From: Planctomycetaceae bacterium
Lineage (GTDB): Bacteria; Planctomycetota; Phycisphaerae; Phycisphaerales; SM1A02
Direction of reading: 5' to 3'
DNA: 64,000 nt
Assembly (NCBI GenBank): GCA_021297795.1
Contig: JAJTGL010000003.1
Span: forward strand, 40,370 to 104,369
A program made the translations under genes and the position numbers. The notes under the pieces are model-generated. The model had not been told where the DNA came from, did not search any database, and saw only the letters and a program-made list of their open reading frames with translations. Positions 36,086 to 47,730 of the stretch are shown here, one piece after another (the first letter of the stretch is position 1; every line of letters begins with the position of its first letter).

Positions 36086-38413
36086 TCAGCCCCAGTTGCC
36101 CAGCTGGATCGCGAGATCGCTCGCCCCGGTGGTGCCGTCGCCGTCGAGATCGGTGGCGCCCGCGCTGCCCCAACCGGCAAGCAGCGTGGCGAGGTCTGCG
36201 GCATCGACGTCGCCGTCGCCATCGAGATCCCCCGGCTGCGAGGGGCATGCGGTCGAACTCACGCGCACGAAGTCGACACCGGCCTCGACGAGCGACCCCG
36301 TGGCGAGGTCGCGCGCCTGGAACCGCACGCGCACCGAGGGCCCCGGCGTCACGTAGTCGGCGACGCGGAAACTGCGATCGACCCACGTCCCCGCGTTCTG
36401 CGCGACATCCTCGAGCAGCACCCAGTTGATGCCGTCCGAGGAGATCGCCACGGGCATCGAGTCCGCGTTCGGCGCGCCACCGAGGTTGTTCGAGTACCAG
36501 CGGCGGTAGCTGAGCACCGCGGACGCATCGCTCGCATCGAGCGCGGGCGAGACGAGGGTTGTCGTCCCGCCGTCGACATCGGCGGACCCCGCCGCGCCAC
36601 CGACCGCGCCCTGCCCCGTGATGAAGCAGAGCACGCCGGCGTCGCTCGAGTCGTTCTCCGGCTGCGCGGTCGTTCCGATCGGGTCGACGCGCGTCCAGAG
36701 GCCGGCCGTCGCGTTGTCTCCCGCCGCGCCGACGACCCAACCGAGACTGTTCTCGAAGGTGTCCTCGAACGCGATGCTGCTGTCGACGAGTTCGGTCGTG
36801 AAGACGGCAGGCGAAGCCTCGGGGAGTCGTGCGGTACCGACGGTGGTTGCGGCGGTGAGGTACCACTCGATCGTCGCGCCGCAGGCGGCGGTCGGAAGCG
36901 TCGCCGTGAAGAGACCCGCCGCGCCGGCCGTCATCGGAATCTCGCTGAAGGAGCCCGTCGAGCCGACACGCGCGCGCAGCGACACGCCGTTCGCGGCGAG
37001 GTTGCCGCGCATGGCGCGTACTTCGGCCGTGACGGTCGCGGGGACGTCGTACTCGACCGATGCCGGAGCGCCGCCCGGCAGCCGGATAACGGCGCCATCG
37101 ACCGTCGCATCGGCGAGCTCGAGCGCCGCCGCGAAGTTCTCGCTCGCGTTCGGCACGATCTCGCCAGCAGGCATGACGAAGCCGTACGAACCGGTGTCGC
37201 GCACCTCGATGGTGTAGCTCGGCACGCCATGCTGCCCCCACGCGTGGTCCACCGAACTGCCGCTTGCGATGTAGAGCGTGGATGCGATCGGACCGACGGT
37301 GTACGAGAGGCCCGACGTGCGCGCGATGGCATCCTTCATGTCGTTGCCGAGCGCGATGAACGCGGCGTTGTTCGCGGGAAGCTCGGTGGTGTATCCCCAC
37401 GGCGAGAGGATGAGCTGGCTGTACGCGTGGAAGTCGATGTGACCGGCGAGGGTGGTCTGCGCGATGAAGTAGTCGCGCAGCGCCGCACTCTCGGGCTCGC
37501 TGAACGGCGAGGGACCGCGGTAGGTGGGATCGTTGGGAACGGTGCTCGCGCCCCCGCCACCCCACTGGAACGCCCAGTTCCGGTTGAGATCGACGCCGGA
37601 TGTTCCGTCCGAGTTGAGGCGACGGTTCTTGCGCCAGAGCCGGTCGACGGTCCACGACCAGACGTAGCCGTCGGGATTGCACACGGGAATCACGTCGATC
37701 CACGCGCGATCGAGCAGCGCGGTCACGCGCGGATCCGTCCCGTAGCGCTCGATCAGCTGGTCGGCGATGTACATCGACGTCGTCTGCGCGCCCCATTCGC
37801 GCGCATGCTGCGTGGCGTTGAAGAGGACGCCGGGGCTTCCCGCGGGGGCCTTCGAGATGCGAATGCCGCGGATCGGCCGACCCTCGAGCGAAGTGCCGAT
37901 GACGAAGGGCGTCACGAGATCCGGCCGTGCGGCGATCCACGCATCGAGCTGCGCGTAGGTCTCGGCGAGCGTGCGGAAGTCGGTGAAGTAGGTGCCGCCT
38001 GCGACGCCACCCTCGCCCTCGCCCGCACCTGCACGGAACTCCACGCGGTTCGCGCGCCCGGCGTACTCGGCGCGCAGGAGCGGACCGAGGTCCTCGATCA
38101 GAACCTCGTGCGGGATACCGGTGGACGCGAACGCCGCCCGTGCCTTCGCGTCGACGATGAAGTCGACCGGTCCGACATCGATGCGATGATTGAGGACGTC
38201 GGCCGCGAGGGTGAGCACCGTTCGGACGTCGCGCGCGGTGCGGACGGTCGCGCGCAGCACGGAGCGTCCGTCGTGGAACTCGGGCGTCGACGTCGCTCCC
38301 GCCCCGACCGCCCGTGCGGCAGTGTGGCCGTTCGCGAGGATCGGCGCCGGCGAAGGCGGCACGGCGCCGGCGGACTGGAGCTGAAGGATCGCGAGCGCGA
38401 GGGTTGCGAGCAT
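36086..38413 (-). CDS. secreted M14 zinc carboxypeptidase with extra beta-rich domains and dockerin-like C-terminus
   Basis: HAREWGAQ (HxxE zinc ligands), VDLNRNW and IDFHAYSQLILSPWGY are present. There is a signal peptide (MLATLALAILQLQSAGA). The C-terminus reads DLDGDGDVDAADLATLLAGWG / DLDGDGTTGASDLAIQLGNWG. The start is the ATG at 38413, inside ORF 36086..38668. Confidence 0.85.
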   Translation of the reverse strand: MLATLALAILQLQSAGAVPPSPAPILANGHTAARAVGAGATSTPEFHDGRSVLRATVRTARDVRTVLTLAADVLNHRIDVGPVDFIVDAKARAAFASTGIPHEVLIEDLGPLLRAEYAGRANRVEFRAGAGEGEGGVAGGTYFTDFRTLAETYAQLDAWIAARPDLVTPFVIGTSLEGRPIRGIRISKAPAGSPGVLFNATQHAREWGAQTTSMYIADQLIERYGTDPRVTALLDRAWIDVIPVCNPDGYVWSWTVDRLWRKNRRLNSDGTSGVDLNRNWAFQWGGGGASTVPNDPTYRGPSPFSEPESAALRDYFIAQTTLAGHIDFHAYSQLILSPWGYTTELPANNAAFIALGNDMKDAIARTSGLSYTVGPIASTLYIASGSSVDHAWGQHGVPSYTIEVRDTGSYGFVMPAGEIVPNASENFAAALELADATVDGAVIRLPGGAPASVEYDVPATVTAEVRAMRGNLAANGVSLRARVGSTGSFSEIPMTAGAAGLFTATLPTAACGATIEWYLTAATTVGTARLPEASPAVFTTELVDSSIAFEDTFENSLGWVVGAAGDNATAGLWTRVDPIGTTAQPENDSSDAGVLCFITGQGAVGGAAGSADVDGGTTTLVSPALDASDASAVLSYRRWYSNNLGGAPNADSMPVAISSDGINWVLLEDVAQNAGTWVDRSFRVADYVTPGPSVRVRFQARDLATGSLVEAGVDFVRVSSTACPSQPGDLDGDGDVDAADLATLLAGWGSAGATDLDGDGTTGASDLAIQLGNWG

Positions 38414-38553
38414 CGTCCGAGTGTGGACCGGACCACCCCCCGTCGCAAGCGGGTACCGTCCGTTTCGCGGAGATTCGCCCGCGCCAGCGCGAGATCCGGA
38501 CGCGCCGCGGCGGCGGCCGGACGGCACGCGGCACGCGCTACACTCGCCATTCC

Positions 38554-39771
38554 ATGCCGATCCGCGCCCGCAGCACGACATTCCTCGCGATCGCCACGAT
38601 GCTGGCAGCGCCGCTCCTCTCCGGATGCACGCGCTACTTCGCGAGCGCGCCCGATCTCTCCGAGCCATCCGGCGGGATCGTGACGCGCAGTCCCGCGTCG
38701 CCGCGCAGCCTCGTCATGTTCGAGGGCTCGACCGGCCGATCGCTCGGGTGGGCCGATGTGATGGCCGCCGCGTCGTGGGCCGACTGCACCTTCATCGGCG
38801 AGCGCCACGACGACCCCGTGGCGCATGCGGTGCAACTGGCGATCTTCGAGGATCTGGCGGCGGGCTATCCGGGCACGGCGATCGCGCTCGAACACCTTGA
38901 GCGCGATGAGCAGGCGACGGTCGACCGCTACCTCGCGGGCGAGATCACGCGCGATGAGTTCATCGATTCCACCGAGAGCCGCGACTGGGCCGGCAAGGAC
39001 ACCTGGGTGGTGTTCTTCCAGCCGCTCGTCGACGCGGCGCGCGAGGTGGGCTCGCCGGTCGTGGCCGCGAATGCACCGCGCGAGGCGGTGCGCGAGGCGC
39101 GCGCGATCGGTCACGACGCGATGCGCGCGAAGCCGACCGCCGAGCAGGCCGACTTCGATCTCCCCATCACCACGCGCGACGGGCTCTTCACCGACGACTG
39201 GAACGGCCGTTGGAACGCCTACTTCGACCGCTTCGTCGACATCATGTCGCCATCGGACGACGACGACCCCTCGTCGACCCGCGAACGGCTTGCGAACGTC
39301 TTTCTCTCGCAATCGGTGTGGGACGGCACGATGGGCGCGTCGGCGGCGCGCGCGCGCGAACAGGGTGCGCCGAAGGTCGTCCTCTGCGCCGGCTGCTTCC
39401 ACGTCGAGCGCGACGGCGGCACGGTGCTCCAGTTCGAGGCACGGCGGCCGATGGACCGCGTGCTCACCGTCACCGTGATCGACGACTCGAGCGCCGTGCT
39501 CCGTGAACAGGATCGCGGCGCCGCGGACATCGTCATCTACGGCTTCCGTCCCGCACGGCCGGCGAAGACCGAACCCACCCCGGATGCGTCGCCCGACCAC
39601 GCGCCTGGCGATCCGGCGCCGCCGGAGCCTCCGACGCAAACCCAGAGCCGCGCGTCGATTCCGCAGGATCCGGCTGCGAAACGCCCGACCGGCGTGGCGA
39701 CGGGAACCACGTCACGGGAGCCACGTCACGGGAAGCACGACACGGGAACCACGATTTCGCGCACCCGCTAG
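38554..39771 (+). CDS. ChaN-family lipoprotein (haem-binding uptake / Tiki superfamily)
   Basis: The lipobox is LLSGC. FIGERHDDPVAHAVQLAIFEDL and IALEHLERD match the ChaN/Cofac_haem_bdg pattern. The C-terminal tail is P-rich. Confidence 0.7.
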   Translation: MPIRARSTTFLAIATMLAAPLLSGCTRYFASAPDLSEPSGGIVTRSPASPRSLVMFEGSTGRSLGWADVMAAASWADCTFIGERHDDPVAHAVQLAIFEDLAAGYPGTAIALEHLERDEQATVDRYLAGEITRDEFIDSTESRDWAGKDTWVVFFQPLVDAAREVGSPVVAANAPREAVREARAIGHDAMRAKPTAEQADFDLPITTRDGLFTDDWNGRWNAYFDRFVDIMSPSDDDDPSSTRERLANVFLSQSVWDGTMGASAARAREQGAPKVVLCAGCFHVERDGGTVLQFEARRPMDRVLTVTVIDDSSAVLREQDRGAADIVIYGFRPARPAKTEPTPDASPDHAPGDPAPPEPPTQTQSRASIPQDPAAKRPTGVATGTTSREPRHGKHDTGTTISRTR

Positions 39772-39783
39772 GATGACCGCCCC

Positions 39784-40161
39784 ATGAGTTCGCTCCCCGC
39801 TTCGAAGAAGACGACCCTCGTCGAGATCAACACCCACCCCGGGGTGCTTCATGTGAAGCTGCTCGGGCCTCAGGTCGGTCAGCGCGAGTCGCCGCTCATC
39901 AGCCAGGATGTCGAGCCCTACATCCGCGACGCAGGCAAGACGATGAAGTTCTTCGTCGTCGACCTCCAGTCGGTGACCTTCATGAGCTCGATGGGTCTCG
40001 GCATCTGCATCGCCCTGCGTCACAAGGCGCACGCCGCGGGCGCGAAGTCGATCCTCTACGGCACCCCGAAGGAACTGATGCAGCTCTTCACGATGATGAA
40101 GATCGACAAGCTGTACACCTTCGCGAAGGACCAGCGCGAGCTCGACGCGGCCATGCGCTGA
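39784..40161 (+). CDS. STAS-domain anti-sigma-factor antagonist (SpoIIAA-like)
   Basis: VVDLQSVTFMSSMGLGICIAL carries the conserved phosphorylatable Ser context (F.SS.GLG). The 125-aa size also fits. Confidence 0.8.
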   Translation: MSSLPASKKTTLVEINTHPGVLHVKLLGPQVGQRESPLISQDVEPYIRDAGKTMKFFVVDLQSVTFMSSMGLGICIALRHKAHAAGAKSILYGTPKELMQLFTMMKIDKLYTFAKDQRELDAAMR

Positions 40162-40186
40162 TCCGCGCCGCACGTCCAGGTCCGCT

Positions 40187-40783
40187 TCACTTCGCGAGCC
40201 TACGGACGACCCCCGGCGTGAGGAACCACTTGATCTGCGCGCGGAGCACGGTGCCGCCCGATGCACCGTTGGATGCGGTGCGCGGCGCCACGGCATCGGT
40301 GTCGATGTCGACTTGCAGCGAAAGCGCCGCGCCTTTCCGAAAGTCGATCGCCATGCCGCCGGAAGAGCCCGTGAGGAGGAGCGAGGCGAGGCGCGACAGC
40401 ATGGGCTCGTGACCGACCCATGCGACGACCGGGACCGCCGCGAGCGCCGCGAGGGTGCGCATGAGCGACTCCTCCTGCACCCGCTCGGCCTGGCGACGAA
40501 CGACGGGGTCCGGCGACTCGGTGTCGGCGTGGATCTCGAGACGCTCGAGTCTGGCGGCCTTCGGCCACCGCGCGTGCTCCTCGAGGAGCATCGCCGTCTG
40601 CCACGCGCGTACGAACCCGCTTGATTCCACCAGCTCAACCTCGGACGCCACGTGGCGCAGGCGCTTCGCGAACCGGGCGAACTGATCGCGTCCATCCTCG
40701 GTCAATGGACGCCGGCTGTCGTCGGGCCAGGCTGCCGCATCGCGCTCGAAGGCCTTCGCATGCCGGATGAGGATGAGTTCCAT
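40187..40783 (-). CDS. sixA: histidine phosphatase superfamily protein (SixA-like)
   Basis: MELILIRHAKA (RHG-type motif), PLTEDGRDQ and WVGHEP are present. The start is the ATG at 40783, inside ORF 40187..40861. Confidence 0.65.
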   Translation of the reverse strand: MELILIRHAKAFERDAAAWPDDSRRPLTEDGRDQFARFAKRLRHVASEVELVESSGFVRAWQTAMLLEEHARWPKAARLERLEIHADTESPDPVVRRQAERVQEESLMRTLAALAAVPVVAWVGHEPMLSRLASLLLTGSSGGMAIDFRKGAALSLQVDIDTDAVAPRTASNGASGGTVLRAQIKWFLTPGVVRRLAK

Positions 40784-40863
40784 CGGAAACCTCGCGGAAC
40801 AAGTGCGGGAGATCGACCTCCGCGCAAGGTAGCCAAATCGCCGGGATCTGCGAGAATCCACGC

Positions 40864-42132
40864 ATGGCTTCCGAGGTCCTCTTCACGAACGTGCGCATCC
40901 TCACGCTGGCGCAGCCGTCCGTGGCCGGCGCGGGTTCGCGGGGCCCGCGACGCGGACACGCCATGCGCGATCTCGGCGTCATCGAACGCGGGTACGTGCA
41001 CGCGGTCGACGGTCGGATCGCCGCAGTCGGATCCGGAGACCCACCGGCGGAGATCAAGGCCGCGCGCTGCGACTACGACGGCTGCGTGCTGATGCCGGCG
41101 TTCGTCGACTGCCACACGCATGCGTGCTGGGGCGGCAACCGCTACGACGAGGTCGCCGAGCGGCTCGCGGGCGTCCCCTACCTCGACATCCTGGCCCGCG
41201 GGGGCGGCATCATGTCGACCGTGCGCGCCACACGCGACGCGTTTGCGGGTGACCCTCTCGGAGAAGGCCTGCTCCGCATCCTCAGCAGGCGCGCGGAGGC
41301 GATGCGCCGCCACGGGAGCCTCGCCATCGAGGTCAAGTCGGGCTACGGCCTCGATCGCGTGACGGAGCTCGAGATGCTTCGCGCCGTGCGCGCCCACGGG
41401 ATCAACGCCGAACACGATGGCGACGGCTTCTTCGTGCCGACCTTCCTCGCGGCGCATGCGATCGACGGCGATGAGACCGCCTACTGCACGCGCGTGATCG
41501 ACGAGCTGCTGCCTGAAGTCGTCGCCGAGTTCGGGCCGATCGCCTGCGATGCGTACTGCGAGAAGGGCGCGTGGAGTCCGGCGTGGACGCGCAAGCTGTT
41601 CGAGCGCGCGCAGGCGCTTGGTTGCCCGCTCCGCGTCCATGTCGACCAGTTCAACGAACTCGGGTTCCTCGAGACGGCGCTCGAGATGGGCGCGCGCAGC
41701 GTGGATCACCTCGAGGCGACCTCGCGCGATGGACTCGTGCGTGTCGCGCGGTCGCAGTCGACGGCGGTGCTCCTGCCCGGATGCGGCCTCACGCTCGACG
41801 GGCGGTACGCGAACGGCCGATTTCTGATCGACGAGGGTGCGGCGGTCGCGATCGCGACCAACTGCAATCCCGGCTCGAGTCCGATCGTGTCGATGCCGTT
41901 CATCATCGCGCTCGCCGCGCGATTCTGCGGGCTCACGCCGGCGGAGGCGATCACCGCCGCGACCTACAACGCGGCGTGCGTGCTGGGAATCGAGCACGAG
42001 ACCGGCTCGATCGAGGTCGGGAAGCGCGCGCATCTCGTGCTGCTCCCGACACACGACGAGCGCGCACTCGCCTGCGAATGGGCGATGTCGGAGCCGTGCG
42101 AGGTGTTCGCGGGGCACACGACGCTCTGGTAG
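40864..42132 (+). CDS. hutI: imidazolonepropionase-like amidohydrolase
   Basis: PAFVDCHTH, GGGIMSTVRATR, VKSGYGL, CDAYCE, VHVDQF, SVDHLE and ATNCNPGSSP are present. Confidence 0.8.
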   Translation: MASEVLFTNVRILTLAQPSVAGAGSRGPRRGHAMRDLGVIERGYVHAVDGRIAAVGSGDPPAEIKAARCDYDGCVLMPAFVDCHTHACWGGNRYDEVAERLAGVPYLDILARGGGIMSTVRATRDAFAGDPLGEGLLRILSRRAEAMRRHGSLAIEVKSGYGLDRVTELEMLRAVRAHGINAEHDGDGFFVPTFLAAHAIDGDETAYCTRVIDELLPEVVAEFGPIACDAYCEKGAWSPAWTRKLFERAQALGCPLRVHVDQFNELGFLETALEMGARSVDHLEATSRDGLVRVARSQSTAVLLPGCGLTLDGRYANGRFLIDEGAAVAIATNCNPGSSPIVSMPFIIALAARFCGLTPAEAITAATYNAACVLGIEHETGSIEVGKRAHLVLLPTHDERALACEWAMSEPCEVFAGHTTLW

Positions 42133-42308
42133 GAGCGGCGTACGTCGCTGTTCCGGGCCGATGTCTGCGCAATTCCTGCGCAAACCCTGACCCTACAACC
42201 GGAATTTCCGGCGCTTTCCCACCCCGGACCAAAGTCGCCGCTGCGCTCGCCCGATCCCTGCGCCACGCATGTGCGCGGATCGGTCCGCGTGTGCGCGCAG
42301 AGTCCCCC

Positions 42309-43002
42309 ATGGAGTCACACATGTACAACACGATGCCGAACGGCTGGTCGCCCTCGAATACGCCCTGGAACAACTGCAACAACTGCCCGGGCTTCGACAG
42401 CAGCGACTGCTGCGGTGGCAACGGCTTCCAGAACAACGGCTTCCAGAACAACGGCTTCCAGAACAACGGCTTCCAGAACAACGGCTTCCAGAACAACGGC
42501 TTCCAGAACAACTGGAACGGCTTCGTGGAACGGCTGGAACTGGAACCGCACGAACACGTTCGGCTGGAATCCGAACTCGACGTGGAACTGGAACGGCTTC
42601 AGCGGCTGGAACAACACGACGCCGTGGAACGGCTGGAACACGCCGTGGACCAACACGTGGTTCAACACGAATCCGTGGCCGTCGAACCAGTGGACCGGCA
42701 ACTGGGGCTACAACGGCTTCCCGGGCTACAACGGCTTCCAGAACTTCAACGGCTTCCAGAACTTCAACGGCTTCCAGGGCTGGAACAACTTCCCGAGCTT
42801 CAACGGTTGGAACAACACCACGCCGTGGAACGGCTCGAACAACAACTGGAACACGAACGGCAACACGAACTGGAACGGCGGCAACTGGAACGGCACGACC
42901 GGAACGAACCCGTTCGCGAATCCGACCAACGGCGAGCAGGCCGGCACCTGCGGCACCACGACGAACTGCGCCCCGACCATGAAGGTCCGCACCGTCGCCT
43001 GA
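42309..43002 (+). pseudogene. Asn/Trp/Gly/Phe-rich low-complexity protein gene interrupted by a +1 frameshift at about 42525
   Basis: Frame 0 (42309 or 42321 to 42524) reads M(ESHM)YNTMPNGWSPSNTPWNNCNNCPGFDSSDCCGGN(GFQNN)x6 WNGF with G/C-rich third positions. From 42526 the same composition and GC3 bias continue only in the +1 frame (WNGWNWNRTNTFGWNPNSTWNWNGFSGWNN...), up to the stop at 43002. In the original frame the continuation is GAA-rich with poor GC3 and has no stop until 44012. Confidence 0.5.
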
Positions 43003-43164
43003 GCCGCACAGCACAGAGCATCCACCACGCGACGCCGCCCGGATCCTTCCGAGGCGGTGTCATTTTTGGATGTCCTCCCGAGGCTCCGGCGGCGGATACG
43101 GCTCGATCCCGGGGCGACGGCGCCCCACCGAGATGGCTGGCCGAACGGCTACCATGTCCGCCCC

Positions 43165-43977
43165 ATGCTCGTCACCAAGCCCGAGGACATCGAGGGAGCA
43201 ACGAACGCCGCCGCGTGCGTCGTGAAGACGCACGAGCGCCTCGTCGAGTTCCTCCGCGTGGGTCAGACGCTCGCCGAGATCGACGCCTTCGTCGGTCGCA
43301 CGCTCGCCGAACTCGACGCCCCGAGCTGCTTCGTCGGCTACAAGATTCGCGGGCATCCGCCCTTCCCGTCGCACGCGTGCCTCAGCGTCAACAGCTGCGT
43401 CGTGCACGGCACGCACGACATGGATGCGTCGCCGCTCCGGCCGGGCGACCTCCTCTCGATCGATATCGGCGTCCGGCACCGCGGCTGGATCGGCGACGCC
43501 GCGTGGACCTACGCGATCCGCGAGCGCGACCGGCTCGGCGAGGCGCTGATGAAGTGCGGCGTCGAGAGCCTGCGCCGCGGCGTGGCCGCGCTGAAGCCGG
43601 GGCGGCCGCTCATCGACTTCGCGAAGGCGGTGCAGGGGCACGTCGAGCGCGAGTGCAAGTTCGCGCTCGTGCGCGGCCTCGGCGGTCATGGCTACGGCCG
43701 CGAGCTGCACGGACCGCCGTTCGTCTCGAACGTGGTTCCCTCCTACCCCGGCGAATGGCCGGAGGCGTGGAAGGAGATCAAGCCGGGCCTGCTCGTCGCG
43801 GTCGAGCCCATGATCGCGGTCTCGACCTCGGAGACGCGCTCGCGCGGACGCGAGTGGCCCGTGTACACCGCCGACGGCTCGATGAGCGTGCACTACGAGG
43901 CCGATGTCCTCGTCACCGCGCAGGGCCCCGTCAATCTCACGCAAGGACTCTTCGATCTGCCCGAAATCGTCGGCTGA
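43165..43977 (+). CDS. map: type I methionine aminopeptidase
   Basis: ACLSVNSCVVHG, DLLSIDIG, GHGYGRELH and VAVEPM provide the metal-ligand contexts. The start is the ATG at 43165. Confidence 0.9.
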   Translation: MLVTKPEDIEGATNAAACVVKTHERLVEFLRVGQTLAEIDAFVGRTLAELDAPSCFVGYKIRGHPPFPSHACLSVNSCVVHGTHDMDASPLRPGDLLSIDIGVRHRGWIGDAAWTYAIRERDRLGEALMKCGVESLRRGVAALKPGRPLIDFAKAVQGHVERECKFALVRGLGGHGYGRELHGPPFVSNVVPSYPGEWPEAWKEIKPGLLVAVEPMIAVSTSETRSRGREWPVYTADGSMSVHYEADVLVTAQGPVNLTQGLFDLPEIVG

Positions 43978-44026
43978 ACGCCGCCGTCCGCGGCGTGCCT
44001 CCGAACCCCTGACCACACCGATCCAC

Positions 44027-46153
<2,127 letters not shown>

Positions 46154-46317
46154 GGGATTTGCGGGCGATTGCCCGTACGCCGTGGCCCGGCACCCAGTGA
46201 TTGCATGCGCCCCGCGGTGGCCCCGCGGGGCGCGGTTTTTGCCCCATCCGGCCCTGCCGGGGCCGGGAATCAGTGCTCCGGCTGAAGTCGCGCGCAGGCC
46301 CTGCCGATGGCCGAAGC

Positions 46318-47730
46318 GTGCCGTCGTACGACCTCATTTCGATCGGATCGGGGCCCGCGGGCGAGAAGGCCGCGCTGGTCGCCGCCAAGTTCGGCCGCCG
46401 CGCGGCGATCGTCGAGCTGGCGGCGCGTCCAGGCGGCGCGATGGTGAACACCGGCACGGTCGCCTCGAAGGCGTTGCGCGAGACCGCGCTCGTCGCGAGC
46501 GCGATGCGCCGCCGACCGATCCCGGGCTACGACGCGGTCGTTCCGCAGGGGCTCTCGATGCAGCGCTTCATGGCGCGTCGCACGTTGGTCCAGATGGAGG
46601 AGCACGACCGCATCGAAGGATCGCTCGAGACCGCGGGCGTCGACATCATTCGCGGGCGCGGCGAGATCGTCGACGCGCACACCGTCGCGGTCGTGCGCGA
46701 GGACGGCACGCGCGAGCTCATCACCACCGAGTACATCCTCGTCGCGACGGGCTCCTCGCCCGCGCGCGCGAAGCACGTGGACTTCCTGCATCCGGCCGTC
46801 GTCGATGCGGACGGCATCCTCGAACTCGAGACCATGCCACGGTCGCTTGTGATCGTCGGCGCCGGCGTGATCGGCAGCGAGTACGCGAGCATCTTCGGCG
46901 AGCTCGGCGTCGACGTGACGCTCGTCGAGCCGCGCAGCACGCTCATGCGATTCCTCGATGGCGAGATCCGCGAGATCCTGCAGCGCGGCATGGAGGACGT
47001 GGGCATCCGCCTCCTCTTCGGCCGCGGAGTCGCGCGCGTCGAGGGACTTGCCGATGGACGCGCACGCACGACGCTCGCGGACGGCGAGACGCTCGAATCG
47101 GACTGCGTGCTGTGGTCGCTCGGCCGCAACGGAAACTCGCGCGGGCTCGGGCTCGAAGCCGTCGGCGTCGTGCCCGACGAGCGCGGCAACATCAAGGTCG
47201 ATGCGCACTACCGCACGACGTGCCACAGCGTCTTCGCCGCGGGCGACGTCATCGGCTTCCCGGCGCTCGCGTCGACCAGCATGGAGCAGGGCCGCATCGC
47301 GGCGTGCCACATGTTCGGGATCCCCTTCCTCACGCGGCTCGCGGACACGGTGCCGATGGGGATCTACACGATCCCGGCCATCGGCTCGGTGGGCCTGACC
47401 GAGGAGGAGGCGCTAGCGGGCGGTCGGGAGATCGTCGTCGGACGCGGCCACTACCGGGGGAACGCGCGCGGGCGGATGCTCGGCGACGACCGGGGCTTGC
47501 TCAAGGCGGTGTTCGACCGTCGTACGCGGGCGCTGCTCGGCGTGTCGGTCGTCGGCGAGGACGCGACGGAACTCGTGCACTTCGGTCAGCTGGCGATCGC
47601 GAGTGGCCACGGGATCCAGCATCTCGTCGAGACGTGCTTCAACTATCCGTCGCTGACGGAGCTCTACAAGGCGGCGGCATTCGACGCGCTGGCGGAACTG
47701 GCGGCGCCGGCGGCGCAGCGCGCGGCGTGA
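46318..47730 (+). CDS. sthA: soluble pyridine-nucleotide transhydrogenase-like flavoprotein
   Basis: YDLISIGSGPAGEKAA (FAD GxGxxG) and VIVGAGVIGSEYASIF (NAD(P) site) are present. TGTVASKALRE lacks the redox-active CxxxxC of Lpd-type enzymes. There is a dimerisation domain with HPT/SLTE-type ending. The GTG start at 46318 is a guess. Confidence 0.75.
   Translation: MPSYDLISIGSGPAGEKAALVAAKFGRRAAIVELAARPGGAMVNTGTVASKALRETALVASAMRRRPIPGYDAVVPQGLSMQRFMARRTLVQMEEHDRIEGSLETAGVDIIRGRGEIVDAHTVAVVREDGTRELITTEYILVATGSSPARAKHVDFLHPAVVDADGILELETMPRSLVIVGAGVIGSEYASIFGELGVDVTLVEPRSTLMRFLDGEIREILQRGMEDVGIRLLFGRGVARVEGLADGRARTTLADGETLESDCVLWSLGRNGNSRGLGLEAVGVVPDERGNIKVDAHYRTTCHSVFAAGDVIGFPALASTSMEQGRIAACHMFGIPFLTRLADTVPMGIYTIPAIGSVGLTEEEALAGGREIVVGRGHYRGNARGRMLGDDRGLLKAVFDRRTRALLGVSVVGEDATELVHFGQLAIASGHGIQHLVETCFNYPSLTELYKAAAFDALAELAAPAAQRAA

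Noticed and set aside
35754-38534. 926-aa and other long alternative-frame ORFs over the carboxypeptidase and Cys-rich genes (also 34460..36037 and 34708..36429).
   Set aside because: They are Arg-rich nonsense composition. The real frames carry signal peptides and M14 or Cys-module motifs.
39784-40783. STAS antagonist plus SixA-like phosphatase as a partner-switching module.
   Set aside because: The genes are convergent rather than co-oriented. No anti-sigma kinase (HATPase) or PP2C phosphatase is present in the window, so the adjacency is probably coincidental.
41571-44012. 813-aa plus-strand ORF spanning the hutI end, the N/W-rich gene and map.
   Set aside because: Only its short segment 42309..42524 looks coding. 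Elsewhere it is out of frame with hutI and map and lacks G/C third-position bias.
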